Assembly (NCBI GenBank): GCA_002269645.1
Contig: NIVC01000083.1
Coordinates: 1-64,000 of the forward strand
Source: Macrostomum lignano
Lineage: Eukaryota
DNA length: 64,000 bases
Direction: 5' to 3'
Shown one piece after another: positions 1-11,828 of this stretch; within the stretch, counting starts at the first letter, position 1; every line of letters begins with the position of its first letter. The position numbers and the translations under genes are program-made. A model generated the notes under the pieces. The model saw nothing but the letters and a program-made list of their open reading frames with translations. It was not told where the DNA came from and made no database searches.

Positions 1-801
1 AGCATCGGGGTCAAGCATCGGGGGTCAAACATCGGGGGTTAAGCATCGGAGGTCGAGCATCGGGGGTCAAGCATCGGGGGTCAAGCATCGGGGGGGTCAA
101 GCATCGGGGGTCAAACATCAGGGGTCAAGCATCGGGGGTCAAGCATCGGGGGTCAAGCATCGGGGGTTAAGCATCGGGGGCGTCAAGCATCGGGAGTTAA
201 GCATCGGAGGTCAAGCATCAGGGGTCAAGCATCGGAGGTCAAGCATCGGAGGGGGGGTCAAGCATCGTTGGTCAAACATCAGGGTCAAGCATCGGGGGTC
301 AAGAATCGGAGGTCAAGCATCGGGGGTTAAGCATCGGAGGTCAAGCATCAGGAGTCAAGCATCGGGGGTCAAGCATCAGGGATCAAGCATCAGGGGTCAA
401 TCATCGGGGGTCAAGCATCGGGGGTCAAGCATCGTGGTCAAGCATCGGGGGTCAAGCATCAGGATCAAGCATGGGGGTCAATCATCGGCGGTCAAGCATC
501 GGGGGGGGTCAAGCATCGTGGGTCAAACATCAGGGGTCAAGCATCGGGGGTCAAGCATCGGGGGTCAAGCATCGGGGGTCAAGCATCAGGGATCAAGCAT
601 CGGGGGTCAATCATCGGGGTCAAGCATCGGGGGGTCAAGCAACGGGGGTCAAGCATCAGGGGTCAAGCATCGGGGGTCAAGCATCGGAGGTCAAGCATCA
701 GGGGGGTCAAACATCAGGGGTCAAGCATCGGGGGTCAAGCATCGGAGGTCAAGCATCAGGGGGGGTCAAACATCAGGGGTCAAGCATCGGGGGTCAAGCA
801 T
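1..801. repeat. Minisatellite, ~14-bp unit TCAAGCATCGGGGG, in the intron right after the 811-1020 exon
   Basis: Tandem copies visible from base 1, ending ~10 nt from the GT donor at 810-809 (minus strand). Confidence 0.95.
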
Positions 802-810
802 CCTGCTCAC

Positions 811-1020
811 CCAGCTGCAGGTCCTGCAAGTTGAACATTGTGGCAGCGAGGCTCTGGGCTCGCTTCCTCAATCCCATGCCGGCCGCGGCACCTCCAAGAA
901 GCTCTCCAGCAGGCGCTGGATCGGCAGTCGCTGACTCCTCCGGGATGCTGAAAGTCGCGGCGGCTGATGCGGCTGTCGGAGCCACGCTGGAACTGCTGCT
1001 GCTGCTGGTCGCAGTAAGGC
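811..1020 (-). CDS. Exon 3 of an unidentified gene (GLTATSSSSSSSVAP...RKRAQSLAATMFNLQDLQL-G); gene continues off the left edge
   Basis: Acceptor tttttcattttAG|GC, donor CTG G|GTGAGC, 210 nt, phase 1/1, matching the phase-1 donor of exon 6928-7122. The end FNLQDLQLG weakly resembles the stretch before a kinase Gly-loop (LIMK-like IFRPSDLIHGE); this is unproven. Confidence 0.7.
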
Positions 1021-1611
1021 CTAAAATGAAAAATATGTATGAATCATACTACTTACTTAGTAGGAGTAGGAATATAAGGAAAATAATAGCGGAATTTGTA
1101 GAGAAATGTGAAACAACCGACAGATACATAGTGTGCTTCATTTGATCGAAAATGTCATCCCTAATTAGTCGGCCAGATTGGAAGCCGAAGTCTGTGTTTG
1201 TGGCTTAGCGTCTTAGTGGCTTAGTAGGAGCCCCTGTTTGCCCCAGTCACGCAATCACCTATTAAATAATTGACAGGTGACAGACTTATGCCTTCAAATT
1301 ATCTTAGTACACACAATAAAGAGAGTCAACTTCTGCACTGGCTGAACACTTTCCTAGATAGAGTTAATTCCTTAGCACTTTTCCCTCTCAAATCCGGCTT
1401 ATCAAACTTTTTCTTATTTCGTAGTTTGTTTTAGCAATGTGGAAAGTTATTTTTCGATACATATCGGCAGTCATATAGATATGGCTTATTTATTTGAGTT
1501 TTTACGCAGACACATGCTAAAAAACAAAGTGTATAAGGGGCCTGAGTCTCAAACAATTTCACACCTTGGAAGAGTTGGCCGTCATGGGTGTGAATGCGGT
1601 AGAGAGAGGCA

Positions 1612-2199
1612 TTGAGTGAGAGTGAGGGAGATAGAAGTGAGTGAGGGAGATAAAAGTGAGTGAGGGAGATAGAAGTGAGTGAGGGAGATATAAGTGAGTG
1701 AGGGAGACAGAAGTGAGTGAGGGAGACGGAAGTGATTAAGGGAGAGAGTGAGGGAGACAGAAGGGAGTAGGAGAGAGTGAGGGAGACAGAAGGGAGTAAC
1801 GGAGAGAGTGAGGGAGACAGAAGGGAGTAACGGAGAGAGTGAGGGAGACAGAAGGGAGTAACGGAGAGAGTGACGGAGACAGTGAGGGAGAGAGTGAGGG
1901 AGACAGAAGGGAGTAACGGAGACAGTGAGGGAGAGAGTGAGGGAGAGAGTGAGGGAGACAGAAGGGAGTAACGGAGAGAGTGAGGGAGAGAGTGAGGGAG
2001 AGAGTGAGGGAGACAGAAGGGAGTAACGGAGAGAGTGAGGGAGAGAGTGAGGGAGAGAGTGAGGGAGAGAGTGAGGGAGAGAGTGAGGGAGAGAGTGAGG
2101 GAGACAGAAGGGAGTAACGGAGACAGTGAGGGAGAGAGTGAGGGAGACAGAAGGGAGTGACGGAGAGAGTGAGGGAGAGAGTGAGGGAGACAAAAGGGA
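1612..2199. repeat. Purine-rich compound minisatellite (AGTGAGGGAGAG / ACAGAAGGGAGTAACGG units)
   Basis: Tandem units visible; explains ORFs 1582-2274 and 1736-2203. Confidence 0.95.
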
Positions 2200-2697
2200 G
2201 CATGTTGAATTATGATTTTGAAATACGTTAAAAACGTTGCGTGTCCTCTCCAAGCAGATTTTTGCAGACTGCATAGGTTTTAAAATTAGAATCCTTTGTG
2301 ACGCGAAATATCAGACTAGAATTTTGGCTCCGCAACAGGCCCTCGTTATTTATTCCTGCCAGCTGCAAGAAAAGTAATAGCATAAAACAGTGAGGGCGCG
2401 TTCTCGAGGATCAGGCGCAACTGATTGACTGAGGGGATGAGGTATTGAGTGGCTTTTCCTCCAATACCTCATCCCCTATGAGATTTTCCTTCAATTATGG
2501 CATCATCCCCAATGACTTGTACTATTCCAGAATGACAAATCCATTATTCTTTTTGCATAGTGTTTGCAAATTAAATGCAGCTTTAATAAATATACGATAT
2601 TCTCTTCATTTTGGGGAAGGAGAAGCACTCGCTTCTCTTCTTATACCAGCATCTCTACTCACTTCATCAAACTGTACAATGCAGCTCTACCTTCTGC

Positions 2698-3030
2698 CTT
2701 CCTCACTCACCTCTGTCTCCGTCACTCACCTCTGTCTCCCTCACTCACTTTTGTCTCCCTCACTCACCTCTGTCTCCCTCACTCACCTCTGTCTCCCTCA
2801 CTCACCTCTGTCTCCCTCACTCACCTCTGTCTCCCTCACTCACCTCTGTCTCCCTCACTCACCTCTGTCTCCCTCACTCACCTCTGTCTCCCTCACTCAC
2901 CTCTGTCTCCCCACTCACCTCTGTCTCCCTCACTCGATCACCTGTCTCCCTCACTCGATCACCTCTGTCTCCCTCACTCACTTCTGTCTCCCTCACTCAC
3001 CTCTGTCTCCCTCACTCCCTTCTCCCTCAC
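2698..3030. repeat. Minisatellite, 19-bp unit CACTCACCTCTGTCTCCCT
   Basis: Tandem units visible. Confidence 0.95.
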
Positions 3031-3474
3031 CCTCCTCACCAACGTAGGTCACCTAAGAATTTTGTGATTTTCTAAGAAACTCCGTAGCATAATAATTTAG
3101 CCGGCATTCGCCGGATCGAACAGATATTGGGAATCTCACGAGCTAAATAGTCCAACCCATAATCTCTTCGTTCCGCTGCCGCAATTAAAATACATCGCGG
3201 TTGATTTGTCAATAAGAAAGAATTCTCATTATGCCATAACCATAAAATTCTAGATGAACAAATTAATCAAAAAGCAAATCAAAAAGCATTCTTTGTGATT
3301 GTGAAATCGACCGCCAGCATCTGAGCTTCGAGTCCCGCGCACACTGACTGGCTTCAGGAAATTATTATTTTGGAATTTTTCGAGGTAGATAGAATATTCA
3401 ACGGAAAAATAAGTCGACAAACAAATGAGACATCTTGAGAAGCAGATACATCGAAGGGAAGGGTATATAGGGAG

Positions 3475-4110
3475 CGAGTGAAGGAGACAGGTGAAACCTC
3501 AGGGAGAGTACAGAAGGAGACAGGTGGAACCTCAGGGAGAGTACAGAAAGAGACAAGTGGAACCTCAGGGAGAGTACAGAAGGAGACAAGTGGAACCTCA
3601 GGGAGAGCACAGAAGGAGACAGATGGAACCTCAGGGAGAGCACAGAAGGAGACAGATGGAACCTCAGGGAGAGCACAGAGGGAGACAGGTGGAACCTCAG
3701 GGAGAGCACAGAGGGAGACAGGTAGAACTTCAGGGAGAGCACAGAGGGAGACAGGTGGAACCTCAGGGAGAGTACAGAAGGAGACAGATGGAACCTCAGG
3801 GAGAGCACAGAAGGAGACAGATGGAACCTCAGGGAGAGCACAGAGGGAGACAGGTGGAACCTCAGGGAGAGTACAGAAGGAGACAGATGGAACCTCAGGG
3901 AGAGCACAGAAGGAGACAGATGGAACCTCAGGGAGAGCACAGAAGGAGACAGATGGAACCTCAGGGAGAGCACAGAAGGAGACAGATGGAACCTCAGGGA
4001 GAGCACAGAAGGAGACAGATGGAACCTCAGGGAGAGCACAGAGGGAGACAGGTGGAACCTCAGGGAGAGCACAGAAGGAGACAGATGGAACCTCAGGGAG
4101 AGCACAGAGG
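3475..4110. repeat. Minisatellite, 33-bp unit GGAACCTCAGGGAGAGCACAGAAGGAGACAGAT
   Basis: Tandem units; open in several frames because the unit is a multiple of 3. Confidence 0.95.
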
Positions 4111-4629
4111 GAGATATGAGGCGGGACTGCAGTGGGAAAGTAAAGAAGAAAGAGAATTGGTGTAAAATAAAATAAATCAATTAAGGCGCTGCTAATTCGC
4201 AAAAGAGCAAACCGGATTAATAATTACCAGTCGAAGAAGTGCGACCTATTTCAGGACTAATAGAGCAACTCTGAAAGCAAAATAAAAGCGATCTTGCATC
4301 TTTTGCTATTCCTTTTTGCCTCAACGCCGTAAGGATGTCCGACCAAAGGAAATGGGATAAAAAGCCCCAAAGTCTTGTGAGGAGAATGGGTAAGCGTCCG
4401 CCGTCACAGAAGTAGCTAATTGAGTTTATGTCGGCCGTGAAGGGCTCGACCGCTGTATTAATTATGAAACCGTGAAACCGTAATTAATGCCCCTCACTCC
4501 TGCGCTGACTCAATGAGGAAGCCCGAATGCTGACCCTTCGCTGTCAGCGGCAGCCAACACTGTCTAAGAGGGCTGCAGTCATCCGTCTCTGCGCCAACTG
4601 TCTTGCACCGCATTGTGTCTTCTTTTTAG

Positions 4630-5610
4630 TCTGTATCTCTCCCTCTCCTGTCTGTATCTCTTCCTCTCCTGTCTGTATCTCTCCCTCTCCTGTCTGTATC
4701 TCTCCCTCTCCTGTCTGTATCTCTTCCTCTCCTGTCTGTATCTCTCCCTCTCCTGTCTGTATCTCTCCCTCTCCTGTCTGTATCTCTCCCTCTCCTGTCT
4801 GTATCTCTGCCTCTCCTGTCTGTATCTCTCCCTCTCCTGTCTGTATCTCTCCCTCTCCTGTCTGTATCTCTCCCTCTCCCTCTCCCTCTCCTGTCTGTAT
4901 CTCTCCCTCTCCTGTTTGTATCTCTCCCTCTCCTGTCTGTATCTCTCCCTCTCCTGTTTGTATCTCTCCCTCTCCTGTCTGTATCTCTCCCTCTCCTGTT
5001 TGTATCTCTCCCTCTCCTGTCTGTATCTCTCCCTCTCCCTCTCCCTCTCCCTCTCCCTCTCCTGTCTGTATCTCTCCCTCTCCTGTTTGTATCTCTCCCT
5101 CTCCTGTCTGTGTCTCTCCCTCTCCTGTCTGTATCTCTCCCTCTCTCTCTCCCTCTCCTGTCTGTATCTCTCCCTCTCCTGTTTGTATCTCTCCCTCTCC
5201 TGTCTGTATCTCTTCCTCTAATGTCTGTATCTCTCCCTCTAATGTCTGTATCTCTCCCTCTCCTGTTTGTATCTCTCCCTCTCCTGTCTGTATCTCTTCC
5301 TCTAATGTCTGTATCTCTCCTCTAATGTCTGTAGCTCGTATCTCTCCTCTAATGTCTGTATCTCTCCCTATAATTTCTGTATCTCTCCCTCTCCTGTCTG
5401 TATCTCTCCCTCTCCTGTCTGTATCTCTCCCTCTCCTGTCTGTATCTCTCCCTCTCCTGTCTGTATCTCTGCCTCTCCTGTCTGTATCTCTCCTCTAATG
5501 TCTGTAGCTCGTATCTCTCCTCTAATGTCTGTATCTCTCCCTATAATTTCTGTATCTCTCCCTCTCCTGTCTGTATCTCTGCCTCTCCTGTCGTATCTCT
5601 GCCTCTCCTG
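4630..5610. repeat. Pyrimidine-rich minisatellite, 21-bp unit TGTCTGTATCTCTCCCTCTCC
   Basis: Tandem units visible. Confidence 0.95.
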
Positions 5611-6544
5611 TCTGCATCATACAAAGTATGCAATTCCAAATAACTATTTTCTAAAGTCATGCAGTAACAGTCAGGGATTATTGAGAAAGGGAGAGAGGGG
5701 GGGGTCCATCACTAAAGATAAAAAAGTTCGATTTAGAAAGTTTCAGCATTTCATCGGCTTGAAACTAAATGAAGACTAGGAAATAACGGCGCGGAAAGCA
5801 GCTGAGAGCAACTTTCTTTTCTGAAAAAGCAGAGTTCCATTACAGATTTGCTCGCGCAAGCGTCCAGGAGATGGAATCGATTTCAGTGAGAGCGAGAGAG
5901 AGAGAGAGCGAGAGAGAGAGACTTCTAAGCAGTTCGAGCTATCGAAATTGGTTTGGGTGCGCCACTTGAAAATTTCCCTGTCCCAGCCTGGCTCGAAAAG
6001 TAAAGCCCCCCCCATACAGCGCTAAAACTTGCTAGAAAATGAGACAATTCGGTGCTCCATTTTGTACTTTCATTCGATGCATTTACCTACTGATTTTCGA
6101 ATACCCTATACTTTTAGATTTTTAATTTCCCTTCGATTGGCAGGGGCGGCCAGATTTTTCTGACTAATTGGCTGTTGGTCAGGTGAGGGAAGTATTAATC
6201 TAAGCAAAATCGGAATCACACGAAATAGGCGTGTCTCTTTAATTGATGTATTGTGAGGCCTGTCTGTGACCATTTTTATTAATCGCCATGCAATTTCAAT
6301 GTCAATCGTCACGAATGCTGGCACGTGCTGGGACTCTCTGCAGGTCACTAATTGTGTTCCGTATTGACGACTTAAGCCAAAAAAGAACGATTTTTGGGTC
6401 TGAATATTGCTGGGAAAGCAATATGGTTGGTGGGTTGCAAGGACGCTTTAAGGATACCAGTCGTCTTAAGCTGTCCTTGGGTGGGGTGTACAGACAGAAA
6501 TAATGGGTGGTGGGGGGTTGTACGCACGACAGAGAAATTTGGTA

Positions 6545-6870
6545 ATGTGGAGGAGGTTTGCAGAACAGAGAAGGAATGGGGTGGTGGAGAGCGGGTTTGC
6601 AGGACAGAGAGAAGGAATGGGGTGGGGGAGAAGAGGTTCGCAGGACAGAGGGAAGGAATTGGGAGGTGGGGAGGGGGTTCGCAGGACAGAGGGAAGGAAT
6701 TGGGAGGTGGGGCTGCGCAGGACAGAGAAGGAATGGGGAGGAGGCGGAAGGGGTTCGCGGGACAGAGGGAAGGAATTGGGAGGTGGGGTTGCGCAGGACA
6801 GAGAAGGAATGGGGAGGTGGCGAGGGGGTTCGCAGGACAGAGAGAAGGAATGGGGTGGTGAGGGTTGCGC
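6545..6870. repeat. G-rich minisatellite (~38-bp GGTTCGCAGGACAGAGGGAAGGAATTGGGAGGTGG-type unit)
   Basis: Tandem degenerate units starting ~60 nt after the donor at 6927. Confidence 0.9.
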
Positions 6871-6927
6871 AGTGAGTAAGGAAGGAATATGGCTAAGGCG
6901 TACATTTCTACAGAGAATGGCTCTCAC

Positions 6928-7122
6928 CGCTGGCACCCTGCTGACGAGCCAGCTGTCTTGTCTGCATGATTCGCAAATCACGCAACGAGTCCTCCAGTCG
7001 CCGGTCGAACACTTCGGATTCTCCCGGGGCTGGGGTGGCAAATTTTCTACGGCGCGCTGGGGAGAGGCTGACGGCGTCGGAGAAGCTCGACCGTTTTGGC
7101 GCCAGCTTGGACGGGTCGATGG
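6928..7122 (-). CDS. Exon 2 of the unidentified gene (AIDPSKLAPKRSSFSDAVSLSPARRRKF...LEDSLRDLRIMQTRQLARQQGAS)
   Basis: Acceptor cgcactcAG|CC, donor AGC G|GTGAGA, 195 nt, open, phase 1/1, consistent with both neighbouring exons. Confidence 0.72.
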
Positions 7123-7399
7123 CTGAGTGCGGTATGTAAGTGCACTGTATTGATTACTGGGGCTTATAGCAAGGATTGTTTTGGATCGTTAGTTAGCAAA
7201 GCAAAAATTTGTGCCTCGGGGTAGGTCAGACAAGGTCCGAATCTCGCGCTTCTGCACGAAAATTTGTCCAGACTGAGTGTACGGCTCTTATAATGCCTGA
7301 CGATTAGAAAGTCAAGGACCGCTGTACACCCTATGTGAGCGTGGTGTACAAATGCTTGCCTAAGTACATGTACAGTATTGGCGTGCTTGCATGCCTCAC

Positions 7400-7598
7400 C
7401 CATAGGACTCTCAGGCCGCTGCGGCTGCTGCAGGGAGCTCGAATCGGACAGCAGAGGGCGTCGCCCGCCAGCTGGTGGACAACCGCGAAAACTGGCAGAC
7501 CGCCGCTGCTGCTGCCGTTGTTGCTGCAACTGCTGCGGCATTAAACTGTGTTGTTGCTGCTGCTGCAACAGTGGATTCCGACTGTTTCCAGACTGCAT
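7400..7598 (-). CDS. Probable first coding exon of the unidentified gene (MQSGNSRNPLLQQQQQ...RPESPM), polyQ-rich
   Basis: ATG at 7598, donor ATG G|GTGAGG at 7399; splices in frame to 7122. Confidence 0.65.
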
Positions 7599-7867
7599 GC
7601 CTTTCTTGTTTTTCAATAAGAAGTGTCAATTAATGAGTATTTTTATGTATATTTTTGCAGTCCATTGATACATTTTTACTAAGAAATTTTTATGCATAAA
7701 TTCCAGTTTCTGCTAGCCAATGCGGTTCTTCCAACACAGTAAGCCACGCGATTGGCTAAGGAAACTGAAGACTGAGGTTAATGTAGATTTTTTCTTCAAA
7801 AAACGCATCTAAAAACACTCAGACGGTGTAATCAAGAAATGTTGCGTCTTTGCGATGAACGACCGTA

Positions 7868-8495
7868 AGCTTGGGGTAGAGAATGGGGTGGGGTGGGTGA
7901 GCTTGGGGTAAAGATCGGGGTAGGGTGGGTGAGCTTGGAGTAGAGATGGGGATGGGGTGGGTGAGCTTGGAGTAGAGATGGGGATGGGGTGGGTGAGCTT
8001 GGAGTAAAGATCGGGGTAGGGTGGGTGAGCTTGGAGTAGAGATGGGGATGGGGTGGGTGAGCTTGGGGTAGAGATCGGAATGGGGTGGATGAGCTTGGGG
8101 TAGAGATCGGAATGGAGTGGATGAGCTTGGGGTAGAGATCGGAATGGGGTGGATGAGCTTGGGGTAGAGATCCGGAAGGGGTGGATGAACTTGGGGTAGA
8201 GATTGGAATGGGGTGGATGAACTTGGGGTAGAGATTGGAATGGGGTGGATGAGCTTGGGGTAGAGATTGGAATGGGGTGGATGAGCTTGGGGTAGAGATC
8301 GGAATGGGGTGGATGAACTTGGGGTAGAGATTGGAATGGGGTGGATGAACTTGGGGTAGAGATTGGAATGGGGTGGATGAGCTTGGGGTAGAGATTGGAA
8401 TGGGGTGGATGAGCTTGGGGTAGAGATCGGAATGGGGTGGATGAGCTTGGGGTAGAGATCGGAATGGGGTCGATGAGCTTGGGGTAGAGATTTGG
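7868..8495. repeat. G-rich minisatellite, ~32-bp unit GAGCTTGGGGTAGAGATCGGAATGGGGTGGAT
   Basis: Tandem units visible. Confidence 0.95.
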
Positions 8496-9069
8496 ATGGG
8501 GTCGATTATAAAAAAACTTAAACCAAGCAAAGTCATCTGATTTGGTAGCTTATTGTTACAAGAATGAAATAGGAAAAACCGTATTTATTGCACCTGTCCT
8601 TAATATATTGTGTAATAATATGGAGAATAAAATTCATGTGCTTGACAACGTAGACAAGACGGAATTAATAATGCATTTTTATGCAAAAAATCAAAGAGAA
8701 AAAGCTGTTAATTGTTACTTAGAGTAGCAATACTAGTGAATGTGCATTAACTTTGTATGAGCAATTCCGTGTGAGCAAAACTAAATATAAGCATGAAGTA
8801 ATAGTAATTAAAAACTACAGATGTTAAATAATCGATTTATTGTACAAAACTAAGCATTAAGTAATATCGATAAATACTGATTTTCTATTGAAAATTCGGA
8901 TAGCACAAAATTATAAGATTAAAAAGTAGAAAAAATTGAAACAAACATGCAAATTCACTGACAGATCAAGGTGCGTTTATAGAATGGATAAATCTATAAA
9001 TTGCAAAATGAATATAAGATATTATTGCAGCATTTGGTTGAGACAATAGAGTGAAATAGGAGTTTTTGG

Positions 9070-9405
9070 GTAGAAAATGGAGTGAGGTGGGTGTCTAGCG
9101 CTAGAAAATGGAGTGAGGTGGGTGTCTAGGGGCTAGAAAGTGGAGTGAGGTGGGTGTCTAGCGCTAGAAAATGGAGTGAGGTGGGTGTCTAGGGGCTAGA
9201 AAGTGGAGTGAGGTGGGTGTCTAGCGCTAGAAAATGGAGTGAGGTGGGTGTCTAGGGGCTAGAAAGTGGAGTGAGGTGGGTGTCTAGGGGCTAGAAAGTG
9301 GAGTGAGGTGGGTGTCTAGGGGCTAGAAGGTGGAGTGAGGTGGGTGTCTAGGGGCTAGAAAGTGGAGTGAGGTGGGTGTCTAGGGACAGGAAAATGGAGT
9401 GAGAT
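9070..9405. repeat. Minisatellite, 31/32-bp unit GGAGTGAGGTGGGTGTCTAGGGGCTAGAAAGT, just 3' of the PIGZ stop
   Basis: Tandem units; shares the GGAGTGAGGTGGGTG core with the arrays in PIGZ intron 2. Confidence 0.93.
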
Positions 9406-9451
9406 AGAAATTTCCCTACCTCCAGAGCTCTATGACAGAAGAACCAGCAAG

Positions 9452-10304
9452 TTAGGCGGTTAACACAAGATGAAACACCATAATGGACAGAGCCTCGGAC
9501 AGCGATCGTCCGGCTTCGACAACTGGCGAAGAAGACTCGGACAGGCGCGCCAACACTCTCCTGGCCGGGGGTAGGCTCTCAGCGGACAGGTGGCCGTACA
9601 CCCTGGCTGCGTACTTTAAACCGTAGCGAGATTTAGCGAATGCGGCTCTAACGGGATCGGCGTGAACTGCGGAGAACACGGCATAGACTGAGGCGACTCG
9701 ATCCGATCGAAGCTGGGCAGCCCGGGACTCCAGCGCAGTCCGGTTGCCCATGAGATCTTCGAGTTGTACACAGGTAGACTGCGGCAGTAGCAGGGTGTGC
9801 TGCGGCGGCGGATAAGTGCCTAGGAACAGCAACCGATGGCAGAGAGGCTCCTGCTGCGGCTGCAGTCGACTATTGGTCGAGCGAATCAGCTCGCCAACAT
9901 GAGCGGTCATGGGGAGGACGCCGCCCTGGTGCAGAAATCCCAAGCCAATCACGGCGATAGCGTTGAAAGCGATCCAGGGCAAGGCGAAGCTAAATATTGG
10001 CAGGCGACAGCGGAGTCGTTGAGCGACGCATACGGTTGCTAATGGCAACAGCGGGACTAGGAAGCGAAGCTCCTGATGCGGAAACAGTGATAGAGCGGCT
10101 AAAGGTACTAGACAGGCGAGAACAATAGCTTTACTGAGCTGCTGCTGCTGTTGCTGCTGCTGCTGAGCCGACTGTCGTAGAGTAGCCCAGGCGTGACGGA
10201 CGAATACTGGGGCAGCTGGGCCTAGCAACAAAGCCAGATTGATCAGGTGAAGCCAGCGAGGGTGTGTACCGTGTTGAGCCAGGTTCTCCGATTGAGAGTT
10301 GTAG
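9452..10304 (-). CDS. PIGZ: GPI mannosyltransferase 4 (PIGZ/SMP3), exon 3
   Basis: Acceptor tttttcctcAG|C; YNSQSENLAQHGTHPRWLHL, HQELRFLVPL, GFLHQGGVLP match PIG-Z motifs (NLARHGTH, HQEARFL, HQGG); TAA at 9454-9452. Confidence 0.92.
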
Positions 10305-10344
10305 CTGAGGAAAAAGAAATGGTGAGGTAAGGGTGGAAATAAAG

Positions 10345-10638
10345 CGAAGTGAGGTGGGTGCATAAGGGGGTAGTAAAGCGGAGTGAGGTGGGTGCATAAG
10401 GGGGTAGGAAAGCGGACTGAGGTGGGTGCATAAGGGGGTAGGAAAGCAGAGTGAAGTGGGTGCATAAGGGGGTAGGAAAGCGGACTGAAGTGGGTGCATA
10501 AGGGGTAGGAAAGCGGACTGAGGTGGCTGCATAAGGGGGTAGGAAAGCGGAGTGAGGTGGGTGCATAAGGGGGTAGGAAAGCAGGATGGGGTGGCTGCAT
10601 AAGGGGTAGGAAAGCGGAGTGAGGTGGGTGCATAAGGG
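10345..10638. repeat. Minisatellite, ~34-bp unit GAGGTGGGTGCATAAGGGGGTAGGAAAGCGGACT, left half
   Basis: Same unit resumes at 11433 after an inserted element. Confidence 0.93.
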
Positions 10639-11432
10639 TGTAGTGCATGTGCCCTTGTCGGTTTGCAGGGCGCGATGCACTTTGGGGCTGGCAAGGGGGT
10701 TGGCGGGCGTGGCAGGGTCTGGCTGGCAGCCGGGCTTTGCGCGTGCCCCTCCCCAGCCGTGTCCCCTGCCCCGTGCTCAGGGCTGGTTGGCTGCGGCCGG
10801 GCCGGCTTTAGCGTGGGAGCGCCCCCCCCCCCTAGGCGGGGTTTTGATTGGCTGACCAGTGCGCGTTTGTTATTTTGCTCTAATTTTTGTGGGCTCAGCC
10901 GGTGAAGCCGTCTGCCCCCCCCCCTTAAACCTAAGCCTGTGGTGGTATTTATTAATTTGCGCTCCAGGTTTTTCTGACTCGCCTTTTTTCTTCGGCATTT
11001 TCTTGCTGAAATAAAATCAACAACGACCCAAAAAGGGTACACGTGCATCTGATAGCTCGGCCACAGGGCAAACGCGCATCTCATAACTCGGCTACCGGTA
11101 AGCCGCCTGTTTTAACTCAGTCTTTCCTGGGAAGCTTGAGAGATTACAGTAAATTCTCGCCAAAGCGTCATAACGCCAGGAGAGCGGACCCTGTATATCA
11201 TACTTTATTTTTACTTATACTGTATACCCACTGTATAAGCACTAGAGAGTGTCGCAACACCTCTGGGGGCAACGCTAGTTCTGAGCGTCGTCACACCAGA
11301 ACGAGCAACCTGGTACTCAGAGCGTCATAACGCCTGTCAGCAGTAATACCATCTTGGCAGAGCGTCACAACGCCTGCAGGTACCAACGTACTGTACTTGG
11401 GCTGGGCACCCGAACCGACCCGGGTTACGACA
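10639..11432. mobile_element. Probable solo LTR (~794 bp) inserted into the PIGZ intron-2 minisatellite
   Basis: TGTAG...CGACA ends, splits one array inside its G-run (flanks AGGG/GGGG), contains AATAAA near 11007 and four AGCGTC(A/G)(T/C)-type internal repeats. TSD imperfect. Confidence 0.55.
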
Positions 11433-11770
11433 GGGGGTTAGGAAAGCGGAGTGAGGTGGGTGCATAAGGGTAGGAAAGCGGAGTGAGGTAAAGCGGAGTG
11501 AGGTGGGTGCATAAGGGGGTAGGAAAGCGGACTGAGGTGGGTGCATAAGGGGGTAGGAAAGCAGAGTGAAGTGGGTGCATAAGGGGGTAGGAAAGCGGAC
11601 TGAGGTGGGTGCATAAAGGGTAGGAAAGCGGAGTGAGGTGGGTGCATAAAGGGTATGAAAGCGGAGTGAGGTGGGTGCATAAAGGGTAGGAAAGCGGAGT
11701 GAGGTGGCTGCATAAGGGGTAGGAAAGCGGAGTGAGGTGGCTGTATAAGGGGTAGGAAAGCGGAGTGTGA
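11433..11770. repeat. Minisatellite, ~34-bp unit, right half of the array split by the insertion
   Basis: Same unit as 10345-10638. Confidence 0.93.
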
Positions 11771-11828
11771 TAGGTTCCTAGGATATTGTGAACTGCATAA
11801 ATATCATTGGAAAACAGGCACAGTCTAC

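Noticed and set aside
434-5498. Long low-complexity ORFs (VKHRGSS, SPVCISP, KETDGTSGRAQ and similar)
   Set aside because: They are translations of minisatellites open in several frames and on both strands, with no splice or homology support. The same applies to repeat ORFs at 6.4-7.0, 7.8-8.5, 29-31, 38.8-39.5, 42.5-43.2, 46.6-48.0, 50.4-50.9, 51.6-52.6 and 60.3-60.7 kb.
5776-6348. ORFs 5776-6015 and 6106-6348 as extra exons of the unidentified gene
   Set aside because: No convincing splice sites or homology; one includes a CT microsatellite.
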